A DNA stretch of 64,000 nt from an uncultured virus (IMG/VR IMGVR_UViG_3300028275_000622) (IMGVR_UViG_3300028275_000622); one strand, 5' to 3'; counted from the first letter of the stretch, positions 19,874 through 29,312 are shown. The notes: generated by a model not told the origin, from the sequence alone. Made by a program: numbers and translations.

Positions 19874-19907
19874 AAAAAAACCCCGGCTTTTTAGGGCCGG
19901 GGTTTTT
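19874..19907. terminator. Bidirectional intrinsic terminator
   Basis: AAAAAAA-CCCCGGC-tttttagg-GCCGGGG-TTTTT. Confidence 0.8.
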
Positions 19908-19919
19908 ATTTGCACTTTC

Positions 19920-20117
19920 CTACAGGGTGTGAATGTTCTTTTTCATGGAATCTAGGTCTTTTGTACCCTGTTCTCGCATCAGGTGATCTAAATAATCCGT
20001 CAGGGTAAGGTTCTTCCAAGCTGCAATTATCTGCATTAAATGCAGCGTTTTACGCCGTACACGAACAGTGGTTGTTTCATCTTCGCCACTTTTTTCTGGT
20101 GGGTTTTTAGGCGACAT
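19920..20117 (-). CDS. Small ribbon-helix-helix-like regulator (candidate repressor)
   Basis: 'TTTVRVRRKTLHLMQIIAAWKNLTLTDYLDHL'; AAGGAG RBS; divergent from the early operon. Confidence 0.6.
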   Translation of the reverse strand: MSPKNPPEKSGEDETTTVRVRRKTLHLMQIIAAWKNLTLTDYLDHLMREQGTKDLDSMKKNIHTL

Positions 20118-20313
20118 CTACTTGCACTCCTTTACACATGTTAGCAGCACTCTCAGAAAAAATTTTTAGCAGAAAAACACTATGTCTGCAAGGGTTTTGC
20201 GACATTTTGAAAAAATTACAAGGTTTTTTATATTGCGTCTGCCGAATATGTTTGTAGATTGATCATACAACCATCGCAGTGATGGCTGTAGAACAAAGTT
20301 TAGGAGTGCTGCT

Positions 20314-20718
20314 ATGAGTGCTGTTTGTGAAAAGGTGGTTAATAAGAATGTTCGCTATTTTGTTGCAGATCGGATTGTTCACGCATTGCGCAACCTGCGC
20401 CCAAGTTTGGCAAACGACCAGTGGTACAGATTCCTTGAATGTCTCAACTGCATCGTTTCCAACCAACGAGAATCTATTAAAGCAACCATGTGCTCGATGC
20501 GACCAGACAGGGTGCGAATCTTCTTGCTCGAAGCCGATGGGGTTGATGCAGCATTGCACTCATCCATCACAGGGAACGTGTACACCATCTACACACCAAC
20601 GTGGGGTGAGAATTGGGAACATGAAACTATTTACTCCTGCGAAATGCAGGATCAGGCGTTAAGCGAAGAACTTGTGCGCCAAGGAATTGAACTCTACCCA
20701 GAAAGTGAGGTGGAGTAA
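20314..20718 (+). CDS. Phage hypothetical protein
   Basis: AGGAG RBS; first gene of the rightward operon. Confidence 0.7.
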   Translation: MSAVCEKVVNKNVRYFVADRIVHALRNLRPSLANDQWYRFLECLNCIVSNQRESIKATMCSMRPDRVRIFLLEADGVDAALHSSITGNVYTIYTPTWGENWEHETIYSCEMQDQALSEELVRQGIELYPESEVE

Positions 20719-20840
20719 TGGACGAGCAAGAACAGTGCGATTGTGGTGGATACGAAGATTACGACAGGTGGGAATTTGAAACAAGTGTTCTGACAAACAA
20801 GAAGATTTTAGAGGAGTGCGAAGATGCAAGAGTCAATTGA
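20718..20840 (+). CDS. Small acidic phage protein, 40 aa
   Basis: TAATG coupling and GGAG RBS; MDEQEQCDCGGYEDYDRWEF... Confidence 0.5.
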   Translation: MDEQEQCDCGGYEDYDRWEFETSVLTNKKILEECEDARVN

Positions 20841-21177
20841 TGTGGCACTGGATGATGCACCAGTTCAAGCTGGCGAAACAAATGTGGTGGGTATCCAAGA
20901 CTTTTTACCACTCTACTGCGATGTTCACGTCTGGGGGTTGTTTGAAAACAACCCCGCAGAAGTGGTGCACGGCAAGGTGTGCTCAGGTCTTGTGTGCTAC
21001 TACCATGGTGACTCTCTTGCTAGTGGTTACCTAGTAAAACTCGACAATCCTATTAACACATCTTTCCAAGGTCAGGGTGAACCTTGCAGTGGAAGACAGC
21101 AAGTAGTTTTTGTGCATTATAGTTCGCTTGAATATCTTGCGCCCGGCGGAATACCAAAATACGAAGGAGAAGAATAA
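20824..21177 (+). CDS. Phage hypothetical protein
   Basis: GAGGAG RBS; coupled to the next gene. Confidence 0.65.
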   Translation: MQESIDVALDDAPVQAGETNVVGIQDFLPLYCDVHVWGLFENNPAEVVHGKVCSGLVCYYHGDSLASGYLVKLDNPINTSFQGQGEPCSGRQQVVFVHYSSLEYLAPGGIPKYEGEE

Positions 21178-21908
21178 TGTCTAATGCATTGGTCCTAAAG
21201 AATGATATTGCTTTAAACAGCATTTCTGAAGTTGAAAGATTTGCGAACAATGCTGTGAAGAGTGGACTTTACAAGGATGTAAGGGATGCAGCTAGTGCGG
21301 TTGTCCGCATCATGATAGGCCGGGAAGTTGGCCTTGGTGCTGCTGCAAGCTTGAAGAATATTCAAATTGTGCAGGGTACTCCAACCTTCTCAGCTAACCT
21401 TGTTGCATCCATGATTAAAAAGTCTAGGCCACGTTACAACTACAGGCCAAAAGTGCTCAGTGAGAAGGAATGCACATTGATGTTTTTTGAGGATGGTGAG
21501 GAGTGCGGTACGTGGACTTACACCATTGAGGATGCACGTAAAGCCGGACTTACCTCAAAAGATAACTGGGTCAAATATCCAAAGTCGATGTTGTTTGCAC
21601 GCTGCATTACTGCTGGTGGGCGTGCATTTTGTCCTGATGTTTCAGTATTTCCTCTGTACACATCTGAGGAACTTGGAGGTGCTGTGAGTGATGAAGACGT
21701 GTTCGATGATGAGAGAGAGGAGAAAACTTTTGTTCCATCCTCTGAGGTCAGTGTTGAGGATAGGTACAAACTTCTTTCAATGTGTGCAGAGCGAGGTATT
21801 GCAGTTCCAAAGCTCTGCAAAAACCTCGGAATCCAAAGCATTGAAAGTATTACAGAACCGGAATTCAAGCGTGCAATCCAATTTGTCAATTCATCTAAAG
21901 GAGAGTAA
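21177..21908 (+). CDS. RecT/Redbeta-like single-strand annealing protein
   Basis: 'IMIGREVGLG..ASLKNIQIVQG.P', 'YTIEDARKAGL..KDNWVKYPKSMLFARC' and 'PDV...YTSEEL'. Confidence 0.75.
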   Translation: MSNALVLKNDIALNSISEVERFANNAVKSGLYKDVRDAASAVVRIMIGREVGLGAAASLKNIQIVQGTPTFSANLVASMIKKSRPRYNYRPKVLSEKECTLMFFEDGEECGTWTYTIEDARKAGLTSKDNWVKYPKSMLFARCITAGGRAFCPDVSVFPLYTSEELGGAVSDEDVFDDEREEKTFVPSSEVSVEDRYKLLSMCAERGIAVPKLCKNLGIQSIESITEPEFKRAIQFVNSSKGE

Positions 21909-21910
21909 CA

Positions 21911-22495
21911 ATGTCTGATTTGATTGCTGTGGGAAATTACAACGGAAAAATTGTGGGCCATGATCTCACTGAGATTGGGGATAAGAAAACGCCATGTGTG
22001 GTGTTTGATGTCCTTATCAATGCGCACGGTGTGGAGGTAGAGCGCAGGGTTCTTCTATGGTTGACTGAACGTGCACTACCATACACGGTGAAGTCGATCA
22101 GGGAGTTGGGATACCACAGCACCCAACTTTCTGGTCTTGCTCTTGAGCATGAGGAGGAAAGTGGAATGATTGGTACACCAGTGAAGGTTAGCATCAAACA
22201 TGCAGATGATCACAAGGGAATTGTGCGGGAGAGAATTGGACTTTATCCAGCACAAAAACCAAGTGCAAAAATGGGAAATGCAACTCTTTCAAGGTTTGAA
22301 AAGTTGTTTAAACGAGAGCAGGAAAAACTACTTCAGGAGGAAGAAGATGCACCAGAGGAAGAAGAGCAGGTTGAGCATGATGATGCGGTGGTTGTTTCTG
22401 AGGATGAGGAAATTCCTGCGCCACCACCAGTTAAAACCAAGAAGGTTGTAAAGACATTCCAAAATGCGCCAAGGAGAGAGCGTACACCATTCTAA
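21911..22495 (+). CDS. Putative phage ssDNA-binding protein (DUF669-like)
   Basis: OB-like N-terminus, acidic C-terminal region ending in PF; follows the SSAP. Confidence 0.55.
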   Translation: MSDLIAVGNYNGKIVGHDLTEIGDKKTPCVVFDVLINAHGVEVERRVLLWLTERALPYTVKSIRELGYHSTQLSGLALEHEEESGMIGTPVKVSIKHADDHKGIVRERIGLYPAQKPSAKMGNATLSRFEKLFKREQEKLLQEEEDAPEEEEQVEHDDAVVVSEDEEIPAPPPVKTKKVVKTFQNAPRRERTPF

Positions 22496-22547
22496 CACGG
22501 AGGTAGTGAATGGGGGCGTATCCCCTGCGCCCCCACTCACAAACACA

Positions 22548-22919
22548 ATGTATTTAAAAACCAAAGAAGACAAAGATACTCTGAATGCTTTTGGCATCGT
22601 AGTTCTCGGATGGGCTGAAAAGCTGCACAAGATGCAAAGTAGTTGCATTCATGTGTATAAGGAACTGGTGCAGGAGTATTCCAGCAAAGACAGCGGAAAA
22701 CCGTTTTTTGTGAATGGATGTGCGTATTACCTAGCCATAGCTGAATTGGCAGAGAATTTGAGGAAACTTGCTATACACCACAGCCGGGAGTGCAACCGTT
22801 TGAGTGGTTACCAGTTGGATGTAGGAGAGTTAGAAGATGTTTTTAAGCAGCAAACAGAGTGGAACGAAAAGCACTGCGATGGATTTAGTGCTGGGAAAAT
22901 TGGAAAAGGTAAGCCGTAG
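22548..22919 (+). CDS. Phage hypothetical protein
   Basis: Likely ATG at 22548 after a hairpin; in the replication operon. Confidence 0.55.
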   Translation: MYLKTKEDKDTLNAFGIVVLGWAEKLHKMQSSCIHVYKELVQEYSSKDSGKPFFVNGCAYYLAIAELAENLRKLAIHHSRECNRLSGYQLDVGELEDVFKQQTEWNEKHCDGFSAGKIGKGKP

Positions 22920-24567
22920 TGGTACTGAGTGGAAGGCGTGCTGTCCTGCACATGAGGATAGTTCACCATCTCTGACGATAAGGCAGAAAGATGGTGCGAT
23001 AGTACTGAAGTGCCATGCAGGTTGTAAGCAGTTGGATATCCTGCATGCTCTGGAGCTTGAGTGGAAAGATTTGTTCCCACAGGATGACTATTCACTGTGG
23101 AACATGGTTTTTAAGAGGTTTATTCAATGCGCACAACTGTCGCCTTGTGATAAAGACTTGCTTGCATCAAGGGGATTAGTTGATGAATGGATTTGTTTGG
23201 GTGGGTTCCGTTCATTAGCTGATTCCGTTACAAGGCGCAGTGTTATTCAGTTGTTCGAGGAGTTTGGTGATGATTTATACAGTGTGCCGGGATTTTGCAG
23301 TACACCAAATGGTGCACGCATAAAGGCACAGTCTGGAATACTTCTTCCTGTGATGAATGAAAAGCAGGAAGTGTGCGGTTTCCAGATTTTGACAAACAGT
23401 ACACCAAAGTACATTTGGTTTACTGGAGACACCTCTGCGAAGAGTTTCGCACATGTGCCATGGCAGGCACTTGAAAGAAATACTCGCACATCTGTGCGAG
23501 TTACAGAGGGTGTGCTAAAATGTGAAATTGCCTGCTGTGTGGATGATACAACCCTGACTATCGGGGTTGCTGGAGTAAACAACTGGTCAACAGCACTCCC
23601 AGTTCTCCGCAACCTCGGTGCACAATCAGTGCGAATTGCATTTGACTCTGACTGGCAGAGTAATGCAAACGTGAAGGCAGCACTAACTGACTTCTACTAT
23701 GCACTGAAGAATGAGGGGTTCCAGACCCTAATAGAGGTCTGGAATCCCGAATACAAGGGAATAGACGATGCTCTTCTTGCAGGATGTGAAATAACCACAA
23801 TAGAAAAGATTCCTTCCGATACTGCAATTAAGGGCGTAAGACCTGCATCAGATTACAAGACCTTACCTGTAGAGTGGGTGTGGCACGGTTGGTTACCCAA
23901 GGGAATGCTTGTTGTACTTGAGGGTGATCCAAGTCTGGGCAAGAGCACACTGTGCGCTGACATAGCCATGCGCATAACCACTTGCACACCATTTCCGGGA
24001 ACCTCCACAAAACCAACTTGTGGTAGTGTTTTGTTTCTAAGCGCAGAAGACGATCCGGGAAGAATTACTGTACCAAGGATGCGTGCAGCAGGTGCGGATT
24101 TATCCAAAGTGTACTTCTGGGAAGTGCACCCAACTTTTCCTCAAAAGATTGGTGAGCTTGAGCAAATCATTGAATCACTCGGAATAGTACTGGTGGTGAT
24201 GGATCCACTACTTGCATTCCTTGGGGATGATGTGGATTCGTACAAGGACCAAAACATACGCCAAGTGTTGAGCCCACTGAGCAAAATGGCAGAGCGCACC
24301 GGAGCGTGTGTCCTGATGATACGTCACCTCACCAAGCAGTCTGTTGGTGTATCACAGATGTACAGGGGTTCTGGATCCATTGCAATCGTTGCTGCATCCA
24401 GAGTGTGTTTGTACATGATTCAAGATGACGACAGTGATGATCGTGTATTAGGGCAGGTTAAGAACAATCTTGCACCTAAGCAACCATCTTGGGCCTTTGG
24501 ATTCACTGAGTGTGGTACTTCTTGGCAGGATACCAAGTTGACGTGGAAGGGTAGGTCTGAGAAGTGA
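22879..24567 (+). CDS. Primase-helicase (Zn finger, TOPRIM, RepA/AAA_25-type helicase)
   Basis: CCPAHED...CHAGC zinc site; VTEGVLK and IAFDSD TOPRIM motifs; KGIDD; Walker A GDPSLGKS; LVVMDP; IRHLTK. Confidence 0.88.
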   Translation: MDLVLGKLEKVSRSGTEWKACCPAHEDSSPSLTIRQKDGAIVLKCHAGCKQLDILHALELEWKDLFPQDDYSLWNMVFKRFIQCAQLSPCDKDLLASRGLVDEWICLGGFRSLADSVTRRSVIQLFEEFGDDLYSVPGFCSTPNGARIKAQSGILLPVMNEKQEVCGFQILTNSTPKYIWFTGDTSAKSFAHVPWQALERNTRTSVRVTEGVLKCEIACCVDDTTLTIGVAGVNNWSTALPVLRNLGAQSVRIAFDSDWQSNANVKAALTDFYYALKNEGFQTLIEVWNPEYKGIDDALLAGCEITTIEKIPSDTAIKGVRPASDYKTLPVEWVWHGWLPKGMLVVLEGDPSLGKSTLCADIAMRITTCTPFPGTSTKPTCGSVLFLSAEDDPGRITVPRMRAAGADLSKVYFWEVHPTFPQKIGELEQIIESLGIVLVVMDPLLAFLGDDVDSYKDQNIRQVLSPLSKMAERTGACVLMIRHLTKQSVGVSQMYRGSGSIAIVAASRVCLYMIQDDDSDDRVLGQVKNNLAPKQPSWAFGFTECGTSWQDTKLTWKGRSEK

Positions 24568-24782
24568 CAACACCTGCACAACGAGCACATGCCTTAGTGA
24601 GCACGAGGGAGTTTCTTGTAAATCTTTCCAATGGTGCGTACAAAGGTGCTCCAAAGCACATCAGGAATAAAGCTAAGACATTGCTGCGACATTACCCATG
24701 GGATACCAATGTTCTCGAATTAGCTGAGCACTGTCCAAATATTTTGGAGGTTGGAGATGGCAGGGAAGAAGAGCAGGGATAA
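24564..24782 (+). CDS. BPSL0761-like small phage protein
   Basis: 'MTTPAQRAHALVSTREFL...IRNKAKTLLRHYP' pattern. Confidence 0.6.
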   Translation: MTTPAQRAHALVSTREFLVNLSNGAYKGAPKHIRNKAKTLLRHYPWDTNVLELAEHCPNILEVGDGREEEQG

Positions 24783-24784
24783 AG

Positions 24785-25030
24785 GTGCACTCAGTGCAAT
24801 TGGGGGATGCTGTGGGTAGCAAAAATGTGTGTGTGGTTCCCGTGGAGAGTTACAACGGTATGAAATCCTGTTTGAAGGATTCTATGGAATGTTTACAGGA
24901 GTATCTTTTACTCTACGAGCGGAAAACCCCTAGGGCTACCTATATCGCAGAGCGCACAGAAGCACTCCTGCACAAAGCTAATACGTTGCTGCAGGAGTCA
25001 CATACCATCAAAGATGGGAGTTTAAAATGA
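24785..25030 (+). CDS. Phage hypothetical protein
   Basis: 81-aa ORF filling the gap and overlapping the resolvase start (ATGA). Confidence 0.5.
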   Translation: MHSVQLGDAVGSKNVCVVPVESYNGMKSCLKDSMECLQEYLLLYERKTPRATYIAERTEALLHKANTLLQESHTIKDGSLK

Positions 25031-25407
25031 GTGGAAAAAAATCCCGTGACAAAGGTGCACGCAGGGAAAGGGAAATGGTGCGCAGGTATATGGACATACC
25101 CGGTGTTTTTGCGCACCGTGTTCCACTGAGTGGTGCTGTGGAGGGTTACAGGGGTGATATCAAGTGCTACGTTGGGCCACACGAATTTACCTGCGAAATG
25201 AAAGCACGTGCGAGTGGATTCCAGCAGTTGTACAAGTGGTTGGGTACTAATGACATCCTGCATGTGCAACGTGACAAGGATGAACCACTAACAATTTTAC
25301 CATGGTGGTTGTGGAAGTGTATTTGTGAAAAGCTTGCGTTAGAGGGGATACAGGATGTCAACACTATTGCAGAAGACTCTCTGGAGGGGCCAGCCGATAG
25401 TGTGTGA
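25027..25407 (+). CDS. Holliday junction resolvase (Hjc/PD-(D/E)xK type)
   Basis: 'SRDKGARRERE...RVPLSGA...GDI...EMK'. Confidence 0.75.
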   Translation: MSGKKSRDKGARREREMVRRYMDIPGVFAHRVPLSGAVEGYRGDIKCYVGPHEFTCEMKARASGFQQLYKWLGTNDILHVQRDKDEPLTILPWWLWKCICEKLALEGIQDVNTIAEDSLEGPADSV

Positions 25408-27472
25408 TGGTGCAATTGCGTTTGACACTGAAACCACACTGATCGAGCCCGGTAAAATTCCAGAACTGATTGTTTTAACATGTGCCACAGAATCACAATC
25501 TTTTATAGTTCCACCTGAAAGAATATCAGAGTGGGTGTACGAGATATACAACAGTGGTTGCCCGATAGTTGCTCACAACTTTGCTTTTGATTTTCATGTC
25601 GTGTACAACGCACTGGAATACATGGAAGACTGCGCCACGTGGAAAAGAATGGTTGATGAGGGGCGTGCGTGGGACACCATGATATTAGACTTCCTTGTGC
25701 GTCTTGCAAATGGTGAGGAGGACGGTCCGCTCAGGACTAGGTCCCTAGCGGACCTGTCTGAGTACTTTCTAAATAAACCACTTGATAAAAGTGCACAGAC
25801 TGAGTGGGCGCAGTTTCACAAGAAGGCTTTAGAACTTGTGCCTGACAGGATGCTTGAATATGCGCTCCTTGATGCGAAGGTTGCACGAGAGTTATTCAAC
25901 GAGTTGCACCCTGTTGCAGTGAACATTGCAAACAAGTTTCAATGCTTGCAGTCTCAGCACGGACCTCTCACGCACCACACACAATTAAAGGGATCCATCG
26001 CCCTCACTGACTGCACGAGGGTGGGAATTAAGGTTGACTCCAAGGCACAACAGGATGTTGCAATGGAGATCAAGCTGCAAATACAGGACAAGGTGCAATG
26101 GCTTCTGGAAAAGTACCCATCGTTGTTCAAGAGGGACAGTGTAAAAAAGAGACTGGGGCAACTCATTGTAAATCCTGTAACAGGTGTTCCAAGCCTAGAC
26201 AACAAGGCACTGAGGATATACCTGCACGAAATTGCAGAGACACTAAAGATCAAAAAGGTTCCATCGACAGAGAAGAGTAATGAAATCACCATCAGTGGTG
26301 AGTATTGGTCCCAACACAAGCATGAGTTCATCCAGAACTGGTTGGACATGCAAACAAAAGCAAAGCTATTGCAATTTGTGGATCAGATAAAAAGTGGCAG
26401 CGTGAACCCTCACTATCAACCTTTGGTTCGCACGGGTCGCACTTCTTGCAGCAAGCCTAACCTGCAACAAATGCCAAAGCACGCATGGTTCAGGAAGTTG
26501 TTTGTGCCACATGAGAATTGCAAATTTGTTGTCGCAGATTACAACGCAGTAGAGCTCAGGTGTCTTGCTGCAATATGCATGAGTAAGTTTGGGTACTCAA
26601 GACTTGCAGAAGCTTTCCAAGAGGGTATTGACCCACACAGTTTCACTGCTGCGATGTTGTTGAAAATGCAGTACAAAGACTTCCTTGCAATGAAAGGCAA
26701 GGATCCTGAAAAGTTCAAGCATTACAGGTTCTGTGCGAAAGCTGTAAACTTCGGTGTGCCGGGGGGACTTGGTGCAAAATCTTTGAAGGAATATGCGGAG
26801 GCAACCTACGGTGCGCAAATGAGTCTTACTGAAAGTAAGCTATGGCGCAACATGCTGGTTAGTGAGATCTACCCTGAACTTAGTGAATATCTTTCCAGCA
26901 GTGCTCTGGGTAACCTTAGTACAAATCTGAACATTAACGTGCAGGAAATATGCGATTGTTTTGGATTGAAAGACAAGGGCCTTTTTACATTCCAACCTGT
27001 GGTGGACATTGTGTCCGGTAAAAATCGTACAAGGGATGGACAACCTTACAACAGTGCGTTCAGGCGCATGGTGTGGGAATGTCTTGAGAAATTAAACAAC
27101 GACCCAACCACAGAACTTGCAATCAGAAGCAGGAAGGGTAGCGACACACTGCGAAGAAGGTTGTTCGGAACCACTGTGATAACACTGACAGGCAGAGTGC
27201 GTGGCTGTGCCGAGTACACAGAATCGTGCAACACGCAGTTTCAAGGATTAGCTGCGGACGGCGCAAAGTTATCGCTTTACAACGTGTCCCAAATTTATCC
27301 TGTTGTTGCATTCGTACACGATGAGTTGGTTGTTGAGGTTCCTGATGACAATCCAGAAGCACACAAGGATACTGTGGTGCGGATGATGAAAGAATCCATG
27401 GATGGTGTTCTTATGGGGTACGTGCAGAGTGAGGTTGAAGCTGCTGTGTGTGATTACTGGGGGAAACCGTGA
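25355..27472 (+). CDS. Family A DNA polymerase with 3'-5' exonuclease
   Basis: ExoI AFDTET, ExoII HNFAFD, ExoIII YALLD; TGRTSCSKPNLQQMP; motif A ADYNAVELR; motif B RxxAKAVNFG; motif C VHDE. Confidence 0.93.
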   Translation: MSTLLQKTLWRGQPIVCDGAIAFDTETTLIEPGKIPELIVLTCATESQSFIVPPERISEWVYEIYNSGCPIVAHNFAFDFHVVYNALEYMEDCATWKRMVDEGRAWDTMILDFLVRLANGEEDGPLRTRSLADLSEYFLNKPLDKSAQTEWAQFHKKALELVPDRMLEYALLDAKVARELFNELHPVAVNIANKFQCLQSQHGPLTHHTQLKGSIALTDCTRVGIKVDSKAQQDVAMEIKLQIQDKVQWLLEKYPSLFKRDSVKKRLGQLIVNPVTGVPSLDNKALRIYLHEIAETLKIKKVPSTEKSNEITISGEYWSQHKHEFIQNWLDMQTKAKLLQFVDQIKSGSVNPHYQPLVRTGRTSCSKPNLQQMPKHAWFRKLFVPHENCKFVVADYNAVELRCLAAICMSKFGYSRLAEAFQEGIDPHSFTAAMLLKMQYKDFLAMKGKDPEKFKHYRFCAKAVNFGVPGGLGAKSLKEYAEATYGAQMSLTESKLWRNMLVSEIYPELSEYLSSSALGNLSTNLNINVQEICDCFGLKDKGLFTFQPVVDIVSGKNRTRDGQPYNSAFRRMVWECLEKLNNDPTTELAIRSRKGSDTLRRRLFGTTVITLTGRVRGCAEYTESCNTQFQGLAADGAKLSLYNVSQIYPVVAFVHDELVVEVPDDNPEAHKDTVVRMMKESMDGVLMGYVQSEVEAAVCDYWGKP

Positions 27473-27915
27473 TGCAAATAACTCATTCCATATTTGAACT
27501 TCCTGACAGTGGTAAGAGGGAAGAGTTTTCCACTGGTTCCAGAAGGGACACTAGGGAAGGGAAGGGGAGGTACGACTTGTTACCATGGTGCGCTATTGAA
27601 AGAATTGCGAAGCATACAGAAAATGGTGCGCATAAATATGGTGATAAAAACTGGGAAAAGGGACAACCTGTTTCCAGATACTTTGACAGTGCAGTGAGGC
27701 ACTTGTCTAAGTGGATCCAGCACAACGACACTGAGGACCACCTTGCTGCTGCATGTTGGAACATACTTGCAATCATGTGGACATTGGAAAAGGTGCAAGA
27801 AGGAAAACTACCCAGTACTTTAGGAGATGATCATGAGCACAGATTTTACTGGGGACAACAATCCCGGAAAGAAGAACAGAATGAGCCAGCACAAGATACT
27901 CAAAAAGGAACGTAG
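27469..27915 (+). CDS. dATP/dGTP diphosphohydrolase-domain protein (DUF5664-like)
   Basis: 'GKGRYDLLP...GAHKYGDKNWEKG...YFDSAVRHL...DHLAAACWN'. Confidence 0.8.
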   Translation: MMQITHSIFELPDSGKREEFSTGSRRDTREGKGRYDLLPWCAIERIAKHTENGAHKYGDKNWEKGQPVSRYFDSAVRHLSKWIQHNDTEDHLAAACWNILAIMWTLEKVQEGKLPSTLGDDHEHRFYWGQQSRKEEQNEPAQDTQKGT

Positions 27916-28402
27916 GTTACAAGCAATCCAACTGCGAAAGCAGGGATTAACTTATGCTGAGATAGGCCGTGTAATGGGAGTTACAAGGCAGGCAGCATAC
28001 TCTTATGTAGAACGTGAATTTAAGCACATTGTGAAAGAGGGTTCCCAAGTTGCAGAGAAGGCACTTTCGCTTACTCTTGCACGCTATGATGAGTTGTTGA
28101 AGGCGTACTATCAACAGGCTGTTGGTGGTGACAGGGAGTCTTTGCAAGACGTACTCAGCATCATGGACAGGCAGGTGAAAATACTTGGTTTGGAGGCTCC
28201 CAAGAAGTCTGAAACCAGCATCACATACACCACCATGACGGATGCTGAACTTGTGCACCAAGCTACTATGTGGGGAATCACAATTCCAAATGAAATTGTT
28301 TTGGAAAATTCTGAAAACAGTTCACAGCTAACCTTGTCTGATGATGGCACAAATGATACTGTACAGACATACACTAACCCTAACAGAGAGGAGCAACCAT
28401 GA
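27827..28402 (+). CDS. HTH protein, candidate terminase small subunit
   Basis: 'AIQLRKQGLTYAEIGRVMGVTRQAAY' HTH and 'IMDRQVKILGLEAP'. Start uncertain. Confidence 0.55.
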   Translation: MIMSTDFTGDNNPGKKNRMSQHKILKKERRLQAIQLRKQGLTYAEIGRVMGVTRQAAYSYVEREFKHIVKEGSQVAEKALSLTLARYDELLKAYYQQAVGGDRESLQDVLSIMDRQVKILGLEAPKKSETSITYTTMTDAELVHQATMWGITIPNEIVLENSENSSQLTLSDDGTNDTVQTYTNPNREEQP

Positions 28403-28599
28403 AGACTATGCCCGGTAACCTATTACACTGCGCTGTGAAGCACTTCTGGGGAGATGCGGAGCACATTGTGCACGTTACCTTCAGTGAGTCTGGTGCTAAC
28501 ATCAAGATTGAAAAGAACGATTCTTTAGAGCAAAGCATAGATCTGTCACCACCTCAGGTTGCAATCCTGCACGAGCTACTGGGTAACTATGAGTACTAA
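28399..28599 (+). CDS. Phage hypothetical protein
   Basis: GAGGAG RBS; ATGA coupling. Confidence 0.6.
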   Translation: MKTMPGNLLHCAVKHFWGDAEHIVHVTFSESGANIKIEKNDSLEQSIDLSPPQVAILHELLGNYEY

Positions 28600-28631
28600 C
28601 TACTAATTTAAAAAAGATTAGTAGTTCGTTT

Positions 28632-28660
28632 AAAACCCGGCCTAACGCCGGGTTTTTATT
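28632..28660 (+). terminator. Intrinsic terminator ending the replication operon
   Basis: AAAACCCGGC-ctaac-GCCGGGTTTTT. Confidence 0.8.
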
Positions 28661-28716
28661 TTATTAAACATTGCACCATTGTATGCCGATAATACAATTA
28701 CACAAAAGGTGCAAAC

Positions 28717-28866
28717 ATGAAAAAGATCCTAGTATGCTGCGTTCTTATCTGTGCAGGGTGCACGGGTCGCAATTCTTGGGAATCCGGCCTTAGTACCAAG
28801 TACTCCCCAGACGTATCTAAAATACATGACATTGCACTGGAATTTAAATATAAAAGGGAGTTTTAA
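28717..28866 (+). CDS. Small lipoprotein, 49 aa, not in the ORF track
   Basis: MKKILVCCVLICAG-CTGRNSWESGLSTKYSPDVSKIHDIALEFKYKREF; lipobox-like; AAGGT RBS. Confidence 0.65.
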   Translation: MKKILVCCVLICAGCTGRNSWESGLSTKYSPDVSKIHDIALEFKYKREF

Positions 28867-28867
28867 C

Positions 28868-29224
28868 ATGATGTCAGACAAGATTATGAAGGGTTTTGTG
28901 TACCGTGCCAAATTAGGGCCTAGAATGCCCTTAATACGCATTACTGATGTACTGTTGAGGGAAAGGCCTACCGAGGGGGAAAACTGCGCTAAAAAGCGAA
29001 TTAGAACGGTTTACAGGGCATATGACTATGAGAAGTGTAAGTATGTCAGGGTGTTGACTGGTAAGAGTATCCTGCACATGCTGAAACCAAGGTTGGTTGT
29101 GGAGGATTTACCAGTGTATGACAGGGATCCTCAGGGTAACCCTGTGCATTTTGCAGGGGATACAAAATTTTTAAATTGCAGGAAGATTTTCTGTAATATT
29201 TTTCCACATGTAGCGAATAACTAA
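28868..29224 (+). CDS. Phage hypothetical protein
   Basis: ATG directly after the lipoprotein stop; GGGAG RBS. Confidence 0.6.
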   Translation: MMSDKIMKGFVYRAKLGPRMPLIRITDVLLRERPTEGENCAKKRIRTVYRAYDYEKCKYVRVLTGKSILHMLKPRLVVEDLPVYDRDPQGNPVHFAGDTKFLNCRKIFCNIFPHVANN

Positions 29225-29312
29225 ATGTAATGATTGGTGTGTTTCTGTGTTTAATGTGAAACCCTCCGTGAGATACGGGAAAACATAAAAACACTGCAAA
29301 GTAGTGAACCAT

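Noticed and set aside
25355..27915. Z-base (2-aminoadenine) or deazaguanine modification pathway
   Set aside because: No PurZ, DatZ, Que/Fol or DpdA-like genes recognised; DUF5664-like genes alone are common in phages.
28751..28867. N-terminal extension of the 157-aa ORF from GTG 28751
   Set aside because: Overlaps the better-supported lipoprotein ORF; ATG 28868 has its own RBS.
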